Origin: Candidatus Velthaea sp.
Lineage (GTDB): Bacteria; Vulcanimicrobiota; Vulcanimicrobiia; Vulcanimicrobiales; Vulcanimicrobiaceae
Direction: 5' to 3'
NCBI GenBank assembly: GCA_965214935.1
Contig: CBDCCS010000022.1
Location: forward strand, 256,001-320,000
DNA: 64,000 bases
Positions 58,747-64,000 of the stretch are shown here, in pieces; within the stretch, counting starts at the first letter, position 1, and every line of letters begins with the position of its first letter. The notes under the pieces are model-generated. The model worked only from the letters and a program-made list of their open reading frames with translations. It was not told the origin of the DNA and ran no database searches. The position numbers and the translations under genes were made by a program.

Positions 58747-61413
58747 TTGTTGTTGTTCCGCTTCGCCTCTCATCGCATGCCGGCGTGGGTATTTGCTTTG
58801 GCACTTGCCGCTGTGCCCGTGACGCTACCGGCATTGCCGGCGGTCGCGCAGACGCCGCTGACGGCAACGTTGACCGGTACCGTTCTCGACGCCGCGGGCA
58901 AGCCGCTCGGTGATGCGCGCATCACCGCCAGCAGCGCTCAGACGACTGTAACGGTCCGTAGTGCCGCCGACGGCCGCTTTTCGCTGGGCGTTGCACCCGA
59001 CACGTACACCATTACCGTCGCGGCGAACGGCTTCCAAACGCTGCGCAATGACGGCGTCACCGTTACGTCGGCGACGGGTTCGCCGTTACGTTTACAGCTC
59101 GTGGCGTCGACGCTGCAGACGATCGGACGGACGCGCGGTAACCGCGCGACGTCGGTGAATCCGACGACCGCCGCAACGGCGGTCATCTCCAGTCAAACAT
59201 TCGTCGATCAAGGCCAGCCGCAAGTCGTCAACGTGCTCGATCACATCCCCGGCGTCGAGATCAACCGTGCTTCGTCGAATGCACCCGGTGCGAACACCTC
59301 GATCTCGCTCCGCGGCGCGCAGCCATACGAATCGCAAATTCTCATCGACGGGCATCCGGTGGTTTCATCGGCGAACGGCGCGAGCGGTTTTAACGGGACG
59401 TTCATCAACTCGCTGCTGCTCGCCGACGTGGAGGTGAATAAAGGGCCCGGCAACATCCCCAATACGATCGAAAACGCCGTCGGCGGAACGCTCAATTTTA
59501 TCACGCCGACCATCACGGGCGGACCGAGCGGCACGGCACTAACCGGCTACGATTCGTTCGATGGTTTTTATTACAGCGCGCAAGCATCCGATACGTTCGG
59601 CAAACTCGGCGTGCTCGTCGGCGTCGCATCGGATCAAACGCCGGGTTATCTCACGCCGCAAACGATCTACGCCGGCCAAACCTATCCGCGCGTTACGGCC
59701 GGCACCGGATTTGCACCGCACGTCGGTGTCGTCAACTTCGGTTACCCCGCGACGCAAGATTTCCATAGCCGCTCGCAACTCGGAAAATTGTCGTACAACT
59801 TCTCACCGCAAACGTCGTTGTTGCTCGAACAGTACTCGACGCAAACCGACAACGATGAAACGGGCACCAACTACCAATTCGCAAACGCAACGATTTTGCC
59901 GTGCATCGACCAGCCTCCGGCCGGCTTCGGCGGAACGCCGAATTGTCTCGAAGGCGGCACAAACCCGAATTATACATCGACGGCGAATGCCGCCCTCATC
60001 GGCCGCAGCGTTCCGCTCAACCTGTATGCGCCGTATCCGAACACGACGGAATTCGACAACGAGCCGATTTACTCCGTAGAGTTCCGCACCGTGGCCGGTC
60101 CCGGATCGTTCCTCGCGCGGTATTATACCGGCACGATCAATCGCATCATCACCCAGTCGTTTTCACCCGTTGCCGTGATTCCGTGTATGTCGCCGGCTTG
60201 TCCGAACGGTGACGACTTCTCGACAAATCCACCGACGTACAACGCCTATCAGGGCGAGCCGTACGTTGAAGATACGATCGACAAATTGCACGGCGTCGAC
60301 GCACAGTATACGATTCCGTTCGGTGCAAATAACGTAACGTTCGGCTTCGACCGGCACGTTGATACCGCGACCTTCGGCGAGTATGACCCGACGCTCGGAC
60401 CGCCGTCGTTCACTCAAGGCCTGAACATTCAGAGCGTCTCGTACAATTTGCGCGGCGACTTTGCACTGTCGCGCAAGCTCAGCCTCGAATCAGGCAATTA
60501 CTTTTCGAACACGACCCTCGTCGGCTCGCGCTTCGATCCGCGTCTCGGTCTTGTTTACCGGGTCAATTCTAATGCGGCAGTGCGTGCCTCGTTCGGCAGC
60601 GCATTCGTTGCACCGTACTACGGCTTGATCGTGACGGCACCGTACGTCAATCAAGGCAACCTAAATGCTGCGACCGGGCCGTTCAAGCCCGAGACGTCCA
60701 CCGGCTATGATTTTGGCACCGACATCAGCTTGGGTCGCGACTCGCTCGTATCGTTCGACGGTTACCTCAGCACGATCTTCAACCGGTACGCATCGGTGAC
60801 GACGCAGCTGCCGAATGGATCGAGTTTCGGCGGCACGCCGATCATGACCGAGACGCAAGAAGGCAATCAAGCCGTCGTGCGACAGGAGGGGATCGAGTTC
60901 CAGTTTCTGCACGCACCGCGCGTCGGAGTGGGCTTTCACACCGCGATCGACCTACTGCGCGATTATGCGTACAATCAAGATCAGACCGTTAGCGTCGACA
61001 GCATTTTCGGTGCCGGGACGCCGGGGAACTACGTGCAATTGCCGAGCTATCCGTACAGTAAGCTGCGCAACGACCTGTTCTATACATTTTCGGGTGGTGC
61101 GCAAGCGCGCATCAGCGGCACGTCGTACGGCGCGAACAACTCGTTCGGGCAAACCGGTTTTACGGAGTTCGACGGCGAGATTCGCCTGCCGTTACGGCAT
61201 GGCTTTTCACTCAATCTGGGCGGCACGAATATTTTCAACCACGATAATTATCAAGCCGGCGGCGTGTATGACGGCGGGTACACGTACCCGATTCTCGGCG
61301 GCGGTGCCGGCTATACCACCCAGAACTTCGTCCAGCCGCGCACGCTCTACATCCAATTGCAGCGCAGCATCGGCCCGAGCGGTTCGACCACCCAGCCGCG
61401 CACCGGCTTTTAA
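58747..61413 (+). CDS. TonB-dependent receptor with N-terminal carboxypeptidase-regulatory-like domain
   Basis: Signal peptide; LTGTVLDAAGKPL...YTITV; plug LDHIPGV...ISLRG...ILIDG...EVNKGPG...GGTLNF; barrel DPRLG, KPETS, NIFN, PRT. Confidence 0.9.
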   Translation: MLLFRFASHRMPAWVFALALAAVPVTLPALPAVAQTPLTATLTGTVLDAAGKPLGDARITASSAQTTVTVRSAADGRFSLGVAPDTYTITVAANGFQTLRNDGVTVTSATGSPLRLQLVASTLQTIGRTRGNRATSVNPTTAATAVISSQTFVDQGQPQVVNVLDHIPGVEINRASSNAPGANTSISLRGAQPYESQILIDGHPVVSSANGASGFNGTFINSLLLADVEVNKGPGNIPNTIENAVGGTLNFITPTITGGPSGTALTGYDSFDGFYYSAQASDTFGKLGVLVGVASDQTPGYLTPQTIYAGQTYPRVTAGTGFAPHVGVVNFGYPATQDFHSRSQLGKLSYNFSPQTSLLLEQYSTQTDNDETGTNYQFANATILPCIDQPPAGFGGTPNCLEGGTNPNYTSTANAALIGRSVPLNLYAPYPNTTEFDNEPIYSVEFRTVAGPGSFLARYYTGTINRIITQSFSPVAVIPCMSPACPNGDDFSTNPPTYNAYQGEPYVEDTIDKLHGVDAQYTIPFGANNVTFGFDRHVDTATFGEYDPTLGPPSFTQGLNIQSVSYNLRGDFALSRKLSLESGNYFSNTTLVGSRFDPRLGLVYRVNSNAAVRASFGSAFVAPYYGLIVTAPYVNQGNLNAATGPFKPETSTGYDFGTDISLGRDSLVSFDGYLSTIFNRYASVTTQLPNGSSFGGTPIMTETQEGNQAVVRQEGIEFQFLHAPRVGVGFHTAIDLLRDYAYNQDQTVSVDSIFGAGTPGNYVQLPSYPYSKLRNDLFYTFSGGAQARISGTSYGANNSFGQTGFTEFDGEIRLPLRHGFSLNLGGTNIFNHDNYQAGGVYDGGYTYPILGGGAGYTTQNFVQPRTLYIQLQRSIGPSGSTTQPRTGF

Positions 61414-61520
61414 CGCCGGCATGAAACGATCGCGTGCGCACACTCTCGCTCGTCTGCGCACGCTGCCCAGATGAGTTGCCGTTGGCCGGATAATCAACCG
61501 GCAGCTGTGACGTTGGCGGC

Positions 61521-62354
61521 ATGATTGCGGGGCTACTGTTGGACGGGCGCGCGGCGCTCGTCACCGGCGGCGCGGGCCGTATCGGTAGCGCAATTGCCGG
61601 TACGTTCCTGCGCGAAGGGGCGTGCGTCGCGATCGCCGACCGTGATGTCGAGCGACTCGCCGGCGTCGAGGCCGCTTGGGCACAAGATGACGCCGCAATA
61701 AGAGCGCAGACCGTGCGTATCACGGCGATCGCCGGCGACACGGCGGCGGTCGCCGACGTGACACACATCGTCGACGAAGCGGAAGCGGCACTCGGGCCGC
61801 TCGACATACTCGTGACGTGTGCCGCCGTGTATCCCAATGCACCGCTGCTCGAAATGGACGCTTCGGCCTGGGATCAGGTATTCGCCGTGAACGTGCGAGG
61901 GGTGATGCTTGCATCGCAGATCGTCGGACGGCGTTGGGTCGAACGCGGCACGCGCGGTTCGATGGTCCACCTGTCCTCAGGCGCGGCCCGGTCGGCGCGC
62001 CGCGGGGCGTCCGCATACTGCGGGTCAAAAGCCGCACTGGAGATGCTCGTCGAAGTCTTGGCGCTCGAACTCGGTCCGCACGGCATCCGCGTTAACGCGG
62101 TCGCGCCGGGCTTGGTGACCGATGAAGTTGTCGACGGCTCGGCGGCCGGGCTGACACCGTACGTGCGCGAAATGTTGCGCGGCACGCCGCTCGGCCGGAC
62201 CGGCGCACCCGCAGAGATCGCCGAAGCCGTTGCCTTCTTAGCATCGGAACGGTCGGGCTGGACGACCGGCAGCATTCTGGATGTCACCGGCGGCTCGCTT
62301 TGCGGGCGCGCACATCTCGATTACATTGCCGAACTCAACCGGAAGCATAGCTAA
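61521..62354 (+). CDS. Short-chain dehydrogenase/reductase (FabG-like)
   Basis: TGGAGRIG, YCGSK, IRVNAVAPG, TGSILDVTGG. Confidence 0.93.
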   Translation: MIAGLLLDGRAALVTGGAGRIGSAIAGTFLREGACVAIADRDVERLAGVEAAWAQDDAAIRAQTVRITAIAGDTAAVADVTHIVDEAEAALGPLDILVTCAAVYPNAPLLEMDASAWDQVFAVNVRGVMLASQIVGRRWVERGTRGSMVHLSSGAARSARRGASAYCGSKAALEMLVEVLALELGPHGIRVNAVAPGLVTDEVVDGSAAGLTPYVREMLRGTPLGRTGAPAEIAEAVAFLASERSGWTTGSILDVTGGSLCGRAHLDYIAELNRKHS

Positions 62355-62359
62355 CGTAG

Positions 62360-63340
62360 ATGCCGTCGGTGACACGCGAGGGCGGCATCAATGACGCCGC
62401 CGGTCGCCTCCGTGCCGGCGGCGTCGTCGCCCTGCCGACTGAAACCGTGTACGGCCTTGCAGCCGATGCTGCGAATCCGGCAGCGGTACGTCGGATCTAT
62501 GCGATCAAAGGCCGGCCTGCCGATCATCCGCTGATCGTCCATTTGCCGCAAGCGGCCGACTTGGAACGCTACGCTGCCGGCGATCTGCGTACGGCGAGAA
62601 TTCTTGCCGAGCGGTATTGGCCCGGTCCGTTGACGATTGTTTTGCCCAAAAGCGGTATCGTTTCGGGCGACGTCACAGGCGGACAGCCGACCGTCGCGCT
62701 GCGCGTCGTCGACCATCCGCTGACTCAAGCGATACTAGCACGGTTCGGCTCGGCGGTTGCTGCGCCGTCGGCGAATCGATTCGGCCGCGTGAGTCCGACC
62801 ACCGCACAGCACGTGCGCGACGACTTGGGCGACGACGTGGACCTCGTTGTGGACGGCGGCCCGGCACGGGTCGGCATCGAGTCGACGATCGTCGATTTGA
62901 GCGGGAACATTCCCGCGGTACTGCGCTTGGGCAGTATCGGAGTCGCCGAACTTAGCGCAGTGCTCGGCACTGCTGTTGAAACGCGTGTGGGCGGCACGGT
63001 GCGGGCGCCGGGTACGCTCGAATCACATTATGCGCCGCGCTCGCCGCTCGTTCTCATCGAACAAAACACCCTCGAGGCGGAGTTGAAACGCCGCGCTGCA
63101 GCCGGCGAGCGAGCCGGCGTGCTGGTCCTTCCCGATGGCGCTGCCGCGGCAGCGCGCGCATTGTACGCCGCGCTGCGCGACCTCGATCGTGGCGATTATG
63201 ACGTCCTCCTTGCGATCCTTCCGCCGGACACGCCGAGCAATGCGGCCGTGCGCGACCGGCTTCGGCGAGCCGCGGCTTCAACGACTGCTCGGTCAGTGAA
63301 TGCCGAGCTTGGCAACGAGCAGCAAACCGGCAGCAAATAA
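62360..63340 (+). CDS. tsaC: L-threonylcarbamoyladenylate synthase (Sua5 type)
   Basis: PTETVYGL, KGRP..HPLIVH, WPGPLT, APSAN, GIESTI, APG...SHYAP, ALYAALRDLD, DRL.RA. Confidence 0.95.
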   Translation: MPSVTREGGINDAAGRLRAGGVVALPTETVYGLAADAANPAAVRRIYAIKGRPADHPLIVHLPQAADLERYAAGDLRTARILAERYWPGPLTIVLPKSGIVSGDVTGGQPTVALRVVDHPLTQAILARFGSAVAAPSANRFGRVSPTTAQHVRDDLGDDVDLVVDGGPARVGIESTIVDLSGNIPAVLRLGSIGVAELSAVLGTAVETRVGGTVRAPGTLESHYAPRSPLVLIEQNTLEAELKRRAAAGERAGVLVLPDGAAAAARALYAALRDLDRGDYDVLLAILPPDTPSNAAVRDRLRRAAASTTARSVNAELGNEQQTGSK

Positions 63341-64000
63341 CATCGAGCCGAGAAACACGCACACCGGCAGCGTCAGCACCCAGGCGAGCAAAATATCGCG
63401 CAAGGTTTTGCCCTGCAAACCGGAGTGATTCGCTGCCATCGTCCCGGCAACACCGGATGACAGAACGTGCGTCGTGCTGACGGGAAGCCCGAGCAGATCC
63501 GCGCCCTGGATGGTAGCGTACGCAACGAGCTCGGCGGAAGCGCCTTGCCCGTAGGTTAAATGCGCCTTTCCGATTTTCGATCCGACGGTTACGACAATGC
63601 GCTTATAACCGATCATCGTGCCGAGGCCCAGCGATAGCGCAATCGCGATCTTCACCCAAACAGGAATGAATTTCGTCATACCGTCGAGCGATTTGCGATA
63701 GGTTTTAATCGCCGGCATATCGGCCGCGCCGAACACGTGATTCTTGTTCATCTTATCTAAAGCGCTCGAGATAAGATAGCTGTCGGTACGGAGCGGCTTA
63801 CGCTCGTTTTTGGGCAGCTCGCCAAGTGACGTACGGCCGTGCAGAAGTTGGCCGATTCGCTCGTTTTTGGCGGCCACGGCGGCATAGGTCGCGCCGTCGA
63901 GTTTGCCGTCGGCTTTAAGATACGCCGAGATCGTCGCTTCGTTTTTATCGTCGTTCTCCGGCCGTGCAAGAGTCGATTCAACGGCCGCCGCCGGCGACGT
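63293..64000 (-). CDS. pitA: Inorganic phosphate transporter PitA family (3' part; runs off the right edge)
   Basis: LGLGTMIGYKRIVVTVG, LTYGQGASAE, GLPVSTTHVLSSGVAG, WVLTLP; frame open to 64000. Confidence 0.92.
   Translation of the reverse strand, partial: TSPAAAVESTLARPENDDKNEATISAYLKADGKLDGATYAAVAAKNERIGQLLHGRTSLGELPKNERKPLRTDSYLISSALDKMNKNHVFGAADMPAIKTYRKSLDGMTKFIPVWVKIAIALSLGLGTMIGYKRIVVTVGSKIGKAHLTYGQGASAELVAYATIQGADLLGLPVSTTHVLSSGVAGTMAANHSGLQGKTLRDILLAWVLTLPVCVFLGSMLFAAGLLLVAKLGIH

Overview
GC-rich bacterial chromosomal window made mostly of core housekeeping operons. From left to right: the end of a Wzy-dependent exopolysaccharide cluster (secreted Cys-rich protein, Wzy/O-antigen-ligase-like protein, acyltransferase, Wza, Wzc) with two divergent LuxR-type regulators; pyk; an accB-accC-nusB-PBP1A-xseA-xseB-tlyA-nadK-recN-GT4 operon; a protease-protease-LuxR module; Moco and folate genes; uppP; a TonB_C/TPR-exbB-exbD-exbD-tonB cluster; rho-rluB-aroH-tyrA; an SOS-boxed hypothetical gene with mpg; a 3D-domain cell-wall gene with rsmA; smpB-tilS-hpt-ftsH and two M16-like genes; moeA, serS, a TonB-dependent receptor, an SDR, sua5/tsaC and a partial Pit transporter. 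Diderm envelope genes combined with Bacillus-like gene order suggest a Terrabacteria diderm such as Ca. Eremiobacterota (inference only). I found no rRNA, tRNA, CRISPR array or mobile element. Two blocks (about 21.8-22.9 kb and 52.0-57.9 kb) carry single-base indels that look like assembly errors. The main signals are: (1) repeated apparent non-canonical starts (CTG/CTA/TTA) in the -4 stop/start overlap; (2) a perfect LexA box inside a promoter driving a catalytically dead RNase H-like gene and mpg; (3) an AccB lacking the biotin-accepting Lys; (4) a WalR/MtrA-type box plus a structured leader upstream of the 3D-domain gene; (5) several pseudo-enzymes (HD-GYP, DNA adenine methylase, M16 pair). 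All family assignments come from motif recognition by eye, not database searches.
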